Assembly: GCF_006345805.1 (NCBI RefSeq)
Contig: NC_043004.1
Span: forward strand, 95,294,001 to 95,358,000
Source: Octopus sinensis
Taxonomy: Eukaryota
Length of the DNA: 64,000 bases
Direction of reading: 5' to 3'
Below, piece after piece: positions 40,261 through 53,093 of the stretch. Each line of letters starts with the position of its first letter. Positions within the stretch are counted from its first letter, which is position 1. The notes beneath the pieces were generated by a model, which saw only the letters and a program-made list of their open reading frames with translations, ran no database searches and had not been told where the DNA came from. The position numbers were made by a program, and so were the translations under genes.

Positions 40261-40661
40261 CTAGCAGTATCGCCCAGCGTTGCTCGGATTTTGCAAGGGA
40301 AATAACTATATACGCATTTTTAGAGATGTAAAGTGTAATAGCCATCTCAATATGGCTAACCACAAAGGGGGCGGGGTGTTACTGTAGCTTTTTACGTTCT
40401 GAGATTTAATAATACATTTTTAGAGAGTTACTTCCCTTATATAAACCGAGCGAAAATGCATTAAAAATACGGAAAAATTATGGTAAATTTGTTTTAAAAT
40501 TGTAGACTCATCGTAGACGCGCGCTAATACCCAGAAGGGCTCGATATGAATAACGACTATAAGATATCCGCTTTTGGTTTCACTGCACCGCAAAATGTGG
40601 GAGTAGTTAGGAATCTAAATCGTAGGAGACAGACACACAACTTGACTTTTATATATAAAGA
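40261..40661 (-). mobile_element. Non-autonomous Helitron, long copy
   Basis: On the minus strand it runs A|TCTTTATATATAAAA ... hairpin ... CTAG|T, the canonical A/T insertion with no TSD. Confidence 0.85.
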
Positions 40662-40889
40662 TTATCAGCCAATCACAAATCAGACTTTAGAATGAATATA
40701 TCACGAATGACTGAGAGGATAAAGATTTTGAGTACAAAAAAATTCACTGAATGGACAATTGTGAAATTTTTTTCAGAAATATCTTCAGTATGAAGAAATC
40801 TATAGTTAAGTGCAGACTAACATGAAACAAGTAGTGTGTGAAATACATGTTCCATTAATTAACAAAGCAATTAACAAAGTCACGACGAC

Positions 40890-41111
40890 TCACAAGGGCC
40901 GGATTCCCAGTTTCATGACGTATAAGTTCTCCACCTGGACAGGACACCGGTCCGTCGCTGTATTACTCATTTTTGCCAGCTGAGTGAACCGGAGCAGCGT
41001 AAAATTAAGTGTTTTGCTCAGGAACATAATGTGTTGCCTGGTCCAGGAATCGAAACCACAATCTTATGATCATGAGTCCAGTACTATAACCACTATGCCA
41101 AGCGCCTCCAC
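40890..41111 (-). mobile_element. SINE family C-related copy
   Basis: Reverse complement of the head ggaggcgc..ggc.tagtggtta...gtttcgattcctggacc and of ctcagctggcaaaaatgagt. Confidence 0.75.
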
Positions 41112-41280
41112 ATTAATTAGAATGCTCCAGTGATAAAATCGATAGCCATTAGCATTACTTATTTCATGCATCACTCAATTGCCTAATACTTTGTTGCATA
41201 GTTAAATATGTGCACACAAATATTTTGATAGCATCACCAAACCCCATCCTCTAATAGTTCAACTTTTTATGGGTTAATCC

Positions 41281-41507
41281 TTTATCTTTTATCTTGTGCT
41301 TGTCTCAATCACTAGACTGCGACCATGGTGGGGTACCGCCTAGAAGAATGTTAGCCGAATGAATTCAGCTCAGTACTAGAGTTTCTAAAGCCCGGTACTT
41401 ATTCTATCGATATCTTTTGCGATATCGCTAAATTAGGGTGACGTAAACACACCAATGCCGGTTGTCAGGCGGTGGTGGAGAACAAACACGAAGACTCACA
41501 CACACAA

Positions 41508-41592
<85 letters not shown>

Positions 41593-41797
41593 GTATGTAT
41601 ATGTATATATATGGAGAGAAAGCGAGAGAGAGAGAGAGAGAGAGACAACAGTCTTCTTTCAGTTTCCGTCTACCAAATCCACTCACAGGGCATTGGTCGG
41701 CCCGAGGTGTAGCAGAAGATGCTTGTCCAAGGTGCCGCGCAGTGGGACTGAACACAAAACCATATTGTTGGGAAGCAAGCTACTTACAACACAGCCA
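41281..41797 (-). mobile_element. SINE family A with large internal (TA)n/(GA)n
   Basis: Colinear with the other A copies. Confidence 0.88.
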
Positions 41798-41865
41798 CGC
41801 CTGTACCTATAATGTTGAACTCACGTATTTTATTCGGTTTGGTATTTTCTGGTGGGGAAGAGGAA

Positions 41866-42097
41866 TGAAAGTTGGCAGAAACGTTAGCACGCCGGGCAAA
41901 ATGCTTAGCGGTATTTCGTCTGCGTTACGTTGTGAGTTCAAATTCCGCCGAGGTCGACTTTGCCTTTCATCCTTTCGGGGTCGATAAATTAAGTACCAGT
42001 TACGCACTGGGGTCGATGTAATCGACTTAATACCTATGTCTGTCCTTGTTTGTCCCCTCTGTGTTTAGCCCCTTGTGGGTAATAAAGAAATAGGTAT
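41866..42097 (+). mobile_element. Young SINE B (long-module subfamily)
   Basis: 41935-42097 is identical to 19365-19527 (163 bp). Confidence 0.92.
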
Positions 42098-43106
42098 CTT
42101 TTTCAAGACTTTTTTTGATGAATGGTACGAAAAAAGGATGAAGTTATTCTCATACTGGAGACCTCATGAATTGGCTGCACCTAAGACCTTCTTCAGGTTC
42201 TTCAAGACTTGTGGGAAGATGGAAGGTAGTTTAACTCGAACGGAATGTCTGACCTAAGTGCTTAGAACGAAGTTGGACTTCACTAAAGGCATGGAGTAAT
42301 CGTATTAAACAAGGTGGTGAATTCGGTTTAGCACCCAAGAATCGAACGGCAATCGTCTAGAAAGGCTTCCACACAGCTTCCATCGACTAAATTTTATAAT
42401 TTCACGAAGTAATACATGACCTGAAACGATAGCAGAGCATAATTTTCCGAGAAGCCATTCGGCAATACTGAACCTGAAACTGCGTAACTTCAGATTGAAA
42501 TTCTTAACAGCACGGCCATATCTGTAACCATACACTAAGTCTCAAAAATATTAGAGATTGTCCCCGCTGAAAACACATTTTATTATATGCATGAAAGAAG
42601 ACTGACCTGCAGCTAAGCAACAACTATAGCTACTACAGCTACTATTACGACTACGACTGCTGCTGCCTCTACATATTATATGTTACAAAATACAGTAAAA
42701 AAACACGTGACAAGCACAAAATAAAACAACCTCAAATTTTTATCAATATTTTGTAGTATTCTTTTTTACGTTTGTATTGCTATTTTTTTTTTTTTATATT
42801 TATATATTTTGACACCTCGCTCCGCCACTCCACATCTGTTTTGCTTTTTATTTTTTTTTTTATTACATTCCAAACATTCTCCACTTTTCTTGCAGTTACT
42901 TTCATCTGATTAGGCTATATTATTTGTTTGTAGTCGTGGGGTGTAAGAAGAGAGGCAGGGGTCGCATCCTGCAATGGTGCTAGACGGAAGTTGCATCAGG
43001 GTTTCGATAGTTAACAGAACAAAAAATATATTGATTAATCAATTAGGAGAGAGAGAGAGAGAGAGATGCTTGGAGAAATTCCAGAAAATATTTCAGCACA
43101 CACTGC

Positions 43107-43155
<49 letters not shown>

Positions 43156-43159
43156 CTTA

Positions 43160-44790
43160 TTTATATTACGTGCTTTCACTGCAAAGCCGATAACAGTTCT
43201 GTATTTCTTGGTTACATTAATAGTTTTGTTCTAGTTTTGTATCTTTTCTATTGTCAGGACTCTACGTAATGTGCATGCGGTGTTTAATAGTGCTATTTAC
43301 TGTTTGTTGTACTTCTGCTCTGTTGTTGTAAATTCTAGTGCTTTTGTTTACGTATTTGCATACTTTTTAATCCTTTCCAAAGCACCTATCGTCATAGGAA
43401 TTCTTTCTGCTTTCACTCTGTACATACTGGTTATCTCTACTTCTAGCTCTTTATATCCGTGTGTTTTTCTTTTTCCTTTTGATATACATTATTGTCAGTT
43501 GGGTTTGATATTTCCATTAGGAAGCATTTTCTTTACTTATGTTCCTTGACAACATATCCAACCGATTAGCTTTGATTTTCCTGTCTATGCAGATTGGTAT
43601 ATCGCAGATTATGGACACTTTATTTCATTCTCTGAAGCTTTTTCTGGTGACTGTTGCTGGGATTTCATAATGATGGCATAATTCCCATAAAAAATGTCAT
43701 AATAAAAGCCCCCAACTTTCCTATGACTACAGATGTATTCCCACTTGACTATGACTGGGCGACCAGAGATAATAAGGTTGTTTCTTCCCCAGCCTAATAT
43801 ATTTTACCCGTACGTAATCTGCTCAGATCCACCATTTGTTTCAATGAAAAGGGTTTGATATTTTGAATCTTCCGGTCATAGTTTTGAGGTCTCCCTTCCC
43901 CAGTCACTGCTGCGATTTTTCTTTGTCGGTTCAACCAGATCAGTTTTTAAGATAATTGCCACGGTAGAAGCTTTTCTTGACATTGTTTCATCATAGAATG
44001 ATGTGGTTCAGTCTTTAGTCTTTTCACAATTTGCTATTGTTTCTTCTTGCTTATCCCAAATGTAACCTTAGTTCAGCTTCAGTTTTGTATTTCCAGGTTT
44101 CTTTTAAAAGGGAATAAAACTTTGTTCGAATTTTGTACCTATTTATATTGTTTTTTCTATTGTTATTTTACTAAATGTTTGTGCAATATTTTAGTTGCAT
44201 GAGTCCATATCTTCATATATTCGTGGTAAATATACTTTTTTCTAAGCCAAGCTCTAAATTATTAATTCGTAATGCAGTTACTATTTTACTTCACTTTCTG
44301 TCTAGTATGGCTAATTCAGTTAGCATTCATTTGAAAATATTATAAGTTAATACTGGGACAGCAAGAGTATTGATAGCAGTTGTTTTACTTTTGGCATTTA
44401 GTTCTGCTTTAAATATTTATCTAATGCGTCTAAATATTACTTCTTAATCATTTCATGTATGTGGGTTGTACTTTGTCTTGTTCATTGACACTTAAAGTTT
44501 TTATCCTATCTATACTTTCACTTCTGTTTCTTTATCTAACTTGATATTAGTATTTCTAAAAACTGAATTCTTTTCCAGGTTCCCTTGGTGCATTTCTGTA
44601 ACACAAATCCCATACCAGTTGCTGTCGAAATTTCCTGTACACTTTACAGAAAGTGTATTTGTCTGTCGTCTGCGCGTTCGACAAAAAATGGTTGATTAAG
44701 CTTCCATAATATTTGTATCCTATCCTAGTCTCGTTTAACGTTTTGGTTGAAAGTGTTAGTGCCAGTCTAGATTAGATTATTATAACATTT
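43160..44790 (-). mobile_element. Decayed Dong/R4-clade non-LTR retrotransposon (RT C-terminus to REL endonuclease)
   Basis: Motifs GMGFVLQKC, KAELNAKSKTTAINTLAVPVLTY, DIPI.IDRKIKANRLD and IPMTIGAL; the 3' end abuts (AGT)n at 43108-43152. Confidence 0.7.
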
Positions 44791-44989
44791 TTTCGTCTGT
44801 AACTGTACAATTATTTACTATTTTTCCCATGATGTGCTTTTAATATATCTGCTTATTACTTTACTCATGGCTGACATTTCCAAGTCAACATCATTTTTCA
44901 TCATTCCTGGGCCAATAAAACAAAGTTCCAGTAAAATACTGGTGTCGATGATATTGGCTAACATTCCTCTCCGCAATCTTTGGTGTGCT

Positions 44990-45418
44990 GTGCTTAAATT
45001 AGAAACAATTATTACACCTACAGCAATCTGACTAACAACAACCGACCAAAATCCACAAACAATACAACACTCATAAAGACAAATAAAAAATAACTCATTG
45101 CCAAAATACTCGAATAAACTAACACGTCGAACAATAAGCAGCATAACACAGACACACACACACACAGGTAAAAGCAATTATTCATTTAAAATTAACACGT
45201 TCTCTCCAGTAAACTAAACAAACAAAATCTCTTTAATTAGCTTATCAGACAATACGAATAAGCCATATCAATCCCCAGCTTATGAAAATATCTCTTCATA
45301 CTAATCAAAACAAATTCCAGACATGCCGACAAAAACTGATAAATTATAAACAAGAATACGAGGATGGGTGTTCAACTCGCAAGATAGAACAAATCTTGAG
45401 CACAACATTCACACACAT

Positions 45419-45511
<93 letters not shown>

Positions 45512-46140
45512 AACTCAAACATACGTACTCTACAAAATTTCAAAATCATATGACCCAATGAAATAGCCAAAAATCTTTAATTTGTGTCTCAACGTAACTC
45601 ACTTTAAAAAAAATATTCATTCCTAACCAAACAAAATCCTAAAAAAAATTCACACAAGTTACTCAACCATGAAATATCTCATGCAATATAAGAAATTCTT
45701 CAAAAATAATTAAACAGGTTTTGAATGTGATTCACGGTTAGATTCACACCAAATAGACAAACCATTAAAATTCCCTGATCATCACCATAATGAAATCCTC
45801 GTCTGCAGAACCTTACCAATGCGACAATATTCATGAACATTATACAATACATAACAAAGAAAACTTCTCAAAAAGCATACCAGAATGAATTTTACCAAAA
45901 GAAAAATTAGATTAATTTCATTAAAAAAAACATTTAAAATATTCTCCTCAAGTTAAATATACGATAAAATAATGAGAGAAAATAATGGCATACCAACAAA
46001 TACAAACCAATTAACAAGCAAAAGAAGCCATACCTACCACGCCAACGATTATAAAGATACCCACAAACCAATTTGTAACAGCTCTCACCTGAAGATCGTA
46101 CTTGCTTGAAACTCGGGTCGTGAGATAAATATTCAGTTTC
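44990..46140 (+). mobile_element. Probable decayed Penelope-like element ending in a hammerhead motif
   Basis: A/C-rich coding-like composition and weak SYS.M and L..KRS...H motifs. The hammerhead at 46083-46125 is the main support. It is interrupted by (CAGA)n at ~45420-45510. Confidence 0.4.
46083..46125 (+). ncRNA. Minimal type-I hammerhead motif with decayed stem II
   Basis: TCTCAC-CTGAAGA-TCGTACTTGCTT-GAAA-CTCGG-GTC-GTGAGA: perfect 6-bp stem I, near-palindromic ACTCGGGT stem III, GUC site. Confidence 0.65.
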
Positions 46141-46875
46141 AATAAAGGCATGAATACTCCTCATGCATTCGTTTGACAAAATTCCTCATTCGTACTCATA
46201 CACACATGCACACATATACATGCACAAAGAAAAACAGACAGACAGAATGGCTGACCTCTTGTAACGGAGAAAGATCGTCATTGACTAATACCTATGCGAA
46301 ATGCCAGCAATTCCCGTACATGAGGTTATTGCACCAGCAGTCGGTTTCACCCGGTTTTGCGTCAGGCGGCTTCCATACTCGACCGGGCATTGGATAGTTG
46401 CCTCGACGGCGAGTACACAACCTAAACTTGTAGGTTCAATAAGGCTTGCACAGAGCTTCGCAGACCCTCTCCACCCTACCGACATATTTCAGATAAAAGA
46501 CAGTGCAAGATATCCAGCACCAATATAGGTCACCAGCTCAGAAATGTGGGAGCGATATAATCTTCAGCGCAAGCAAAAGATCCCCAAAAGGCTCAACGCC
46601 ATTCTTTGCTTATCGGCTTTTATATCAGAGTGACCTTCTCCTTGAGATTCTCTTTAACAAAAACTAAGTGGTACCTCACCATTAATGGTCTTCCAACCCG
46701 CCGAATACCAACTCGGAATTTCTGAGGGTCCGTGCTACAGATAGATAGTCATTAGACTAGGTTCGTCCGTCCTTTTGACAGGACTTGTTTTTAATCCTGC
46801 TGGGTTTCTAGTAGCACTCTTCACCAGACAAGCCTAGTAAGGGTACAGGTTTTATCACCGACGATCCGACCAAGA

Positions 46876-47145
46876 AGGAGAAGAAGAAGAAGAAGAAGAA
46901 GAAGAAGAAGAAGAAAAAGAAGAAAAAGAAGAAGAAGAAGAAGAAAAAGAAGAAGAAGAAGAAAAAGAAGAAGAAGAAGAAGAAAAAGAAGAAAAAGAAA
47001 AAGAAGAAGAAATAGAAGAAGAAGAAGAAGAAGAAGAAGAAGAAATAGAAGAAGAAGAAGAAGAAGAAATAGAAGAAGAAGAAGAAGAAGAAGAAGAAGA
47101 AGAAGAAGAAGAAGAAGAAGAAGAAGAAGAAGAAGAAGAAGAGTT
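46876..47145. repeat. (GAA)n purine array, ~270 bp
   Basis: Direct observation; source of the poly-F ORF. Confidence 0.98.
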
Positions 47146-47894
47146 TCTTAAGTAACAAGAAGATGGATTTGGTATTTAACCCTTTATTTTGTAGAACGGT
47201 CGTTTCGAATGTATATTCGTGGGCGTAGTATTGCGAATGTTAATGAACGTTGCTTTCCACCCATGAGATGCTGGATTCGATCCCACTGAGTGGTCATGTC
47301 AGTAAACGCCATTTTCTAGAGTCTCGGGTGGTTCTATACTTAGGTGTGACGAGTGGATTGAATTTGCAATGCAAAATGTTCTACCTTGTCTGTGTCACAC
47401 TGATTCTGCTGAGAGTTACTTTAAGGGAACACGTTTCTTTGGAATTCAGTCACTCACAAATTAATGCACGCGCACGTTATTTAGTTAATCAAACAGCCGA
47501 ATCCTCGACGTGAGACGACGGAAATCCATCATCCATACATATTTGTGTGTGTGTATGTGTGTGTCTGTGTGTATATTTGTGTCTATGTTTGTGTAGCAAC
47601 AGGACACGAAAACATGTTTCAGTAATCAATCCGACACACTTAACTGAATAAAGAGAAACTCGAATTTACCAAGAATACATATAACAGCGAGTCAAGTCAC
47701 GAGTTATTAAAATTTACTTAAACTTCATAGATATTCGATTCATCTACATGCTTCAGAATTAATTTTCTTGTCGAAATGTATTTACAACTCTATTCTTTTC
47801 GCAATATTTATCAATGCATTCTAGTGAACACATTTGCTTTCGCTTCATCGTAGGCCACGGACAAATGAATGCACTGGGTCCTATACGCTTTATT

Positions 47895-48270
47895 TATTCT
47901 TTTCTACTCTAGGCACAAGGCCCGAAATTTTGTAGGAGGGAGCCAGTCAATTAGATCGACCCCTGTACGCAACTGGTACTTAATTTATTGACCCCGAAAG
48001 GATGAAAAGCAAACTAGACCTCAGCGGAATTTGAACTCAGAACATAAAGACAGACGAAATACCTATTTCTTTACTACCCACAAGGGGCTACACACAGAGA
48101 GGACGAACAAGGACAGACACACGGATTAAGTCGATTATATCGACCCCAGTGCGTAACTGGTACTTATTTAATCGACCTCGAAAGGATGAAAGCAAAGTCA
48201 ACCTCGGTGAAATTTGAACTCAGAACGTAACGGCAGACGAAATACCCGTAAGCATTTCCCCCGGCGCACT
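47895..48270 (-). mobile_element. Dimeric SINE B (head-core-extra module-core-tail)
   Basis: Two tandem core copies (gtacttaat..gaccccgaaaggatgaaa...gaatttgaactcagaac) are joined through gacgaaatacctatttcttta. Confidence 0.85.
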
Positions 48271-48843
48271 TTATTTATTGACACCAAATCACAACGTATA
48301 TAGATCAGAACTAGGCCCCTGAGCACATGAGGCTCCCAAGTAACTGCCCAGTGCGACCATACCTTAAATTGGCCCTATTGGTGGGTAAACTACCTCTTGA
48401 TATGGGCGAGGGGAATATCTATGAAGTCTCGTTGAATTTTAATTTCTTCTTACTATCATATATTTTTAATCTGAGCGAGGCACAGTTTGCAACAACTAAG
48501 GGACTATTTAAATTATCGGAGAAACTTGCCACCGTCGGTTGCTAAATCATCTTCCTTAAGCGTTGCCTCAAAAACAATATAATACCAAACACTATCAAGA
48601 ACATACACTTACCAACATACTACTACTCACCAAACCTGAAGCAGCCACTAACCTATTTACGCAAATTCTGCATCAAGAGAATCATACAACATCTACACTA
48701 CCTACTCCAGCAACTTATTAAAAAGATCACTAACACAGTTCCAAAACTCATCTTCGACACAGAGTTTCTGCTTCTGAATACAACCGCGGATTTAAATCTT
48801 GAGAAAAACCGCCTTAAACAAAAGTTCCCATGGCTTTACCAGA

Positions 48844-49226
48844 TGGAAGCACTCCGTCGGTTACGACGACGAGGGTTCCAGTTGATCCGAATCAACGGAA
48901 CAGCCTGCTAGTGAAATTAACGTGTAAGTGGCTGAGCACTCCACAGACACGTGTACCCTTAACGTAGTTCTCGGGGATAGTCAGCGTGACACAGAGAGTG
49001 ACAAGGCCGGCCCTTTGAAATACAGGTACAACAGAAACAGGAAGATAGAGTAAGAGAAAGTCGTGGTGAAAGAGTACAGCAGGGATCACCACCATCCCCT
49101 GCCGGAGCCTCGTGGAGCTTTAGGTGTCTTCGCTCAATAAACACTCACAACGCCCGGTCTGGGAATCGAAACCGCGATCCTATGACCGCGAGTCCGCTGC
49201 CCTAACCACTGGGCCATTGTGCCTCC
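48844..49226 (-). mobile_element. SINE family C inserted in the PLE, 14-bp TSD
   Basis: TSD a(t/c)ggctttaccaga at 48830-48843 and 49227-49240; tRNA-like head. Confidence 0.92.
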
Positions 49227-49912
49227 ACGGCTTTACCAGAAACACTACAAAGATTCATTACACTACAACAACAGAGACAGTCAAGGAACCATCGCCACTG
49301 AGATTACCGACACTTCAGACAATAATACAGCACTCGTTACAGATTTGACAGGATCTCTATTCAAGGAAGAACGTTAACTTCTCAGCCTTGGCCCCAAATT
49401 TATATTAACACAATGACTATACGACAAGATGATGCTAAATCTTGAAACCAACTTTTGCCGAGCTGCCTATCAACTCAAATGGATCTCCGTATTAAACAAT
49501 ACTTCTACTATGAACAGCAATAAATTTCGTATATACCCCTTAGACCACCCACTCTCTCCACCGCCGATCAACCAAGAACTTAACCTAAAACTCTCTAGAC
49601 TTAAGCAGTCTATTATAAAATATCAAGACAACATAAGAAAATACATCCTAACCTCTCCTTAGAAGAACGCCTCCTCCTAAACAACATGCGAGAGAAGGAC
49701 CTCGTATCCCTCCCTTCCAACAAGGGAAAGAATTCTGTGTCATCTCGAGGAACACATATGACAACTTAGCATATGAGCACCTTAACAACGGTGCACTATA
49801 TGCAGAAGGGACAAACATTACTGCTCAACAGATAGAAGACCACATCAACACCAGATGGATAGATATATGCAGATGTAGGCAACTCCCAAACAAATATATC
49901 ACCAGAAACAGC

Positions 49913-50294
49913 GGAGGCGCAATGGCCCAATGGTTAGGGCAGCGAACTCACGGTCGGAGGATTGCGGTTTCGATTCCCAGACCGATTCCCGGGCGTTGTG
50001 TGTGTTTATTGAGCGAAAACACCTAGAGCTTCACGAGGCTTCGGCAGGGGGTGGTGGCGACCCCTGTTGTACTCTTTCGCCCCATCTTTCACTTTTTCTT
50101 CCTATTTCTTGTCCCCGACTTCCTGCGCAACCGCTGAGCCTGGATGCGCATTCATCCATCCGTCGATGCTCTCGGTGTCGGGGGTTGACCTGCTTTCTCT
50201 TCTGCGGGTCTTACGAATAGCAAAGGACCACGATTCGGACTTCTCCCATCTTGCGAGCTCTGGGACGAAGACCGTTCGCTCAACAGCAACAGCA
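49913..50294 (+). mobile_element. SINE family C variant (different 3' half) inserted in the PLE, 12-bp TSD
   Basis: Same head as 58592 but a divergent body and an (AACAGC)n tail. TSD accaga(a/c)acagc at 49901-49912 and 50295-50306. Confidence 0.88.
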
Positions 50295-51683
50295 ACCAGA
50301 CACAGCAGATTACCAACATTCTACCACCTCATTAAAACTATTATGAATCTACAGATTAGACCAATTGTCTCTAGTATAGAAGGACCCCTCTGTAGAATCT
50401 CCTGGTTCCACTCCAAGATACTCAAGCCTATACTTCACACGTTTCCTGGACATGTCAGCAGCTCCGACGAGGTCATACGAAGACTACACAGAATAGAACC
50501 CGTACAACTTATACACAACAGATATGCATTTACCCTTGTCGTTGTTTCCCTCTACACGACAGTATCCGCACTTCCAGCCAGCAACTCAGTTACGGAGTGC
50601 ATCAGTTCATATAATATACATTGCTATGACCTCACTCCATAGGATATACTTCAACTTCTAGCGGTACTTATCATCACTTCATCACGTGTAGAGGCCGACA
50701 ATATATCCCCGACATTCTCAAGCAAAGATAGTAACATAAGATTTACCACTGAACATCCCGATAAAGATGGTTCGTTATCTCTACTAGACTTCCAGCTTAG
50801 AATAACAAAGGAAAGTAATATATACACCAACTTCTATAAGAAAGCTTCTAGTAGAGAACTGTTTGTGAATTATAGGTCAGCTAAAACGATGCTAAAACGG
50901 GGTACATAAGAAATGAACTAGCACGTATCAAGAATAAATGTAGCAAAGTTGAGGACCAGATTACTCACACCGCACACTTCACAGATATATTGAGGCTGAA
51001 TGGCTACCCTACATCTACAATAAACCGAATTAAAAATCAAAAGCGCCGCAGACATAAGACTTTCTCTAACACCTGCTTCATGAAGTTGCCACATTTCAAT
51101 GAAAGCATAACTATAGCAATTCGTAGAGCCATACGCAACGAAGGACTGGACATACAATTAGCACACTCCGGCCGCTCTCTGTGCGGATACCTGAATAAAA
51201 AGTAATCTAGAGATAACAATTAATGCTCATTAACTAACTGTCCTATCCGCGATACAGGTAAGTACCAGCGGACAAGTAGTATACCGAAAAGAATGCAACA
51301 AATGTAAGGTGTTTTATATAGGCAGCACAACTCGAACTTTGCATACTCGCATTAAGGAACATCTCAACACACGCGCATCCTCATTTAAAAAACACATTGA
51401 TAAATGTAAAAATACCAACAAGCAAATTAAAGTTACTATAGAAGCCAATGATAGAAATCTCGGCAACTTAAGAATTAAGGAAGCTTTAATTATCTATGAA
51501 TTAAACCCACGAATAAATAATAGATTGGAGCTAGGCACGCGATACATAACATGACATACGCACAGAGGCACATTTGCTACATATTAGAAAGGAGTTAATG
51601 AAAATTGATATGTGGAGCGATAAGTTAATAATTAAAGTCACTTACATTCACGAAGAAGAGAAACGCTTGAAAATTCAAATATA

Positions 51684-51848
51684 ATCGTAGGAGTGGCTGT
51701 GTGATAAGTAGCTTGCTTACCAACCACATGGTTCCGGGTTCAGTCCCACTGCGTGGCACCTTGGGCAAGTGTCTTCTACTATAGCCTCGGGCCGACCAAA
51801 GCCTTGTGAGTGGATTTGGTAGACGGAAACTGAAAGAAGCCCGTCGTA

Positions 51849-51945
<97 letters not shown>

Positions 51946-52149
51946 TTGTGTTTCTGTGTTTGTCCCTCCAACATCGCTTGACAACCGATTCTGGTGTGTT
52001 TACGTCCCCGTAATGTAGCAGTTCGGCAAAAGAAACCGATAGAATAAGTACTAGGCTTACAAAGAATAAGTCCTGGGGTCGATTTGCTCGACTAAAGGCG
52101 GTGCTCCAGCATGGCCACAGTCAAATGGCTGAAACAAATAAAAGAGTAT
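51684..52149 (+). mobile_element. SINE family A in the PLE 3' region
   Basis: Standard head, body and tail. Confidence 0.93.
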
Positions 52150-52200
52150 AGAATTATTTTATCTCCGACAAAAAACCTCTTTCCAAGGACAGTTCCTTTT

Positions 52201-52242
52201 TAACCCTGAAGAAGGGACTTGTATATCCCGAAATATTGGATA
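52201..52242 (+). ncRNA. Minimal type-I hammerhead motif in the PLE 3' pLTR
   Basis: TAACC-CTGAAGA-A-GGGA-cttgtata-TCCC-GAAA-TA-T-T-GGATA; stem I has one mismatch, stem III is the palindrome ATAT. Confidence 0.72.
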
Positions 52243-52384
52243 CATATGCGACCAAAGATTACCAGGTAACTTACTTTTAGTTTATGTTACCTCATCTTAA
52301 AATCTATTTGCATTGTTTGGCGTTTTAAATCTTTCAACGTTATATTCCATATACAATCCTTCAAGCAAACTATAAAACCTATAT

Positions 52385-52570
52385 ATGTATATGATTGTGT
52401 CTGTTTTGTCCTTGACAACCGATGTTGGTGTGATTTTAGCGGTTTGGCAAAATAAAACGATAGAATAAGTACTAGGCTTACAAAAAATAAGTCCTGGGAT
52501 CGATTTGACCGACTGAAGGTGGTGCTCCAGCATGACCGCAGTAAATAACTGAAACAAATAAAAGAATATG
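52385..52570 (+). mobile_element. SINE A 3' half
   Basis: cttgacaaccgatgttggtgtg...ggtgctccagcatgaccgcag; followed by (TG)n at ~52583-52700. Confidence 0.85.
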
Positions 52571-52580
52571 ATCCCCTGAC

Positions 52581-52704
<124 letters not shown>

Positions 52705-53093
52705 CCGTTCTGTCTGTCTGTCTGTACGCTTATAACTCGAGTGTTGTTCATCTAATCGCGCTGAAATTTTAAACATGGATAGACGAGAGAGCGGGGCGTT
52801 CCGTAATCTGAAAAGGTCTTCAAAGTTGTTGGTTTCAAAGTGAGAGTCGCTATTTTTGTAATCTTTTCCTCCTGTTTGTTCTGCTAGCAACGAAGGGAGT
52901 ACAGAATGACAGTCAGCCAAAACCGTCGCTATGCTATCTCTCTTCTTTCCTCTCTCTGTCTCTCTTATGATGTCCGATTCCACTTGAAGTTGTATATATA
53001 TTGTGTTAAGATTCGTTATCAATCAATTATCCTTCACTGCTTGCTCGAATACGTATGTTAATTATCAGTGCTCTGAAATTTAAAATTTGAAAT

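Larger units (their letters stand above)
48420..51553 (+). mobile_element. Penelope-like element (N-terminus, partial RT, GIY-YIG), defective
   Basis: LSLGPKF, RLPTFYHLIKT..IRPIVSS, IRFTTEHPDKDGSLSLLD, LRLNGYP and FYIGSTTRTLHTRIKEH...LRIKEALII.ELNP.IN. The MG../YVDD catalytic segment appears deleted. Confidence 0.9.

Noticed and set aside
46808-47158. Poly-Phe ORF
   Set aside because: Reverse complement of the (GAA)n array.
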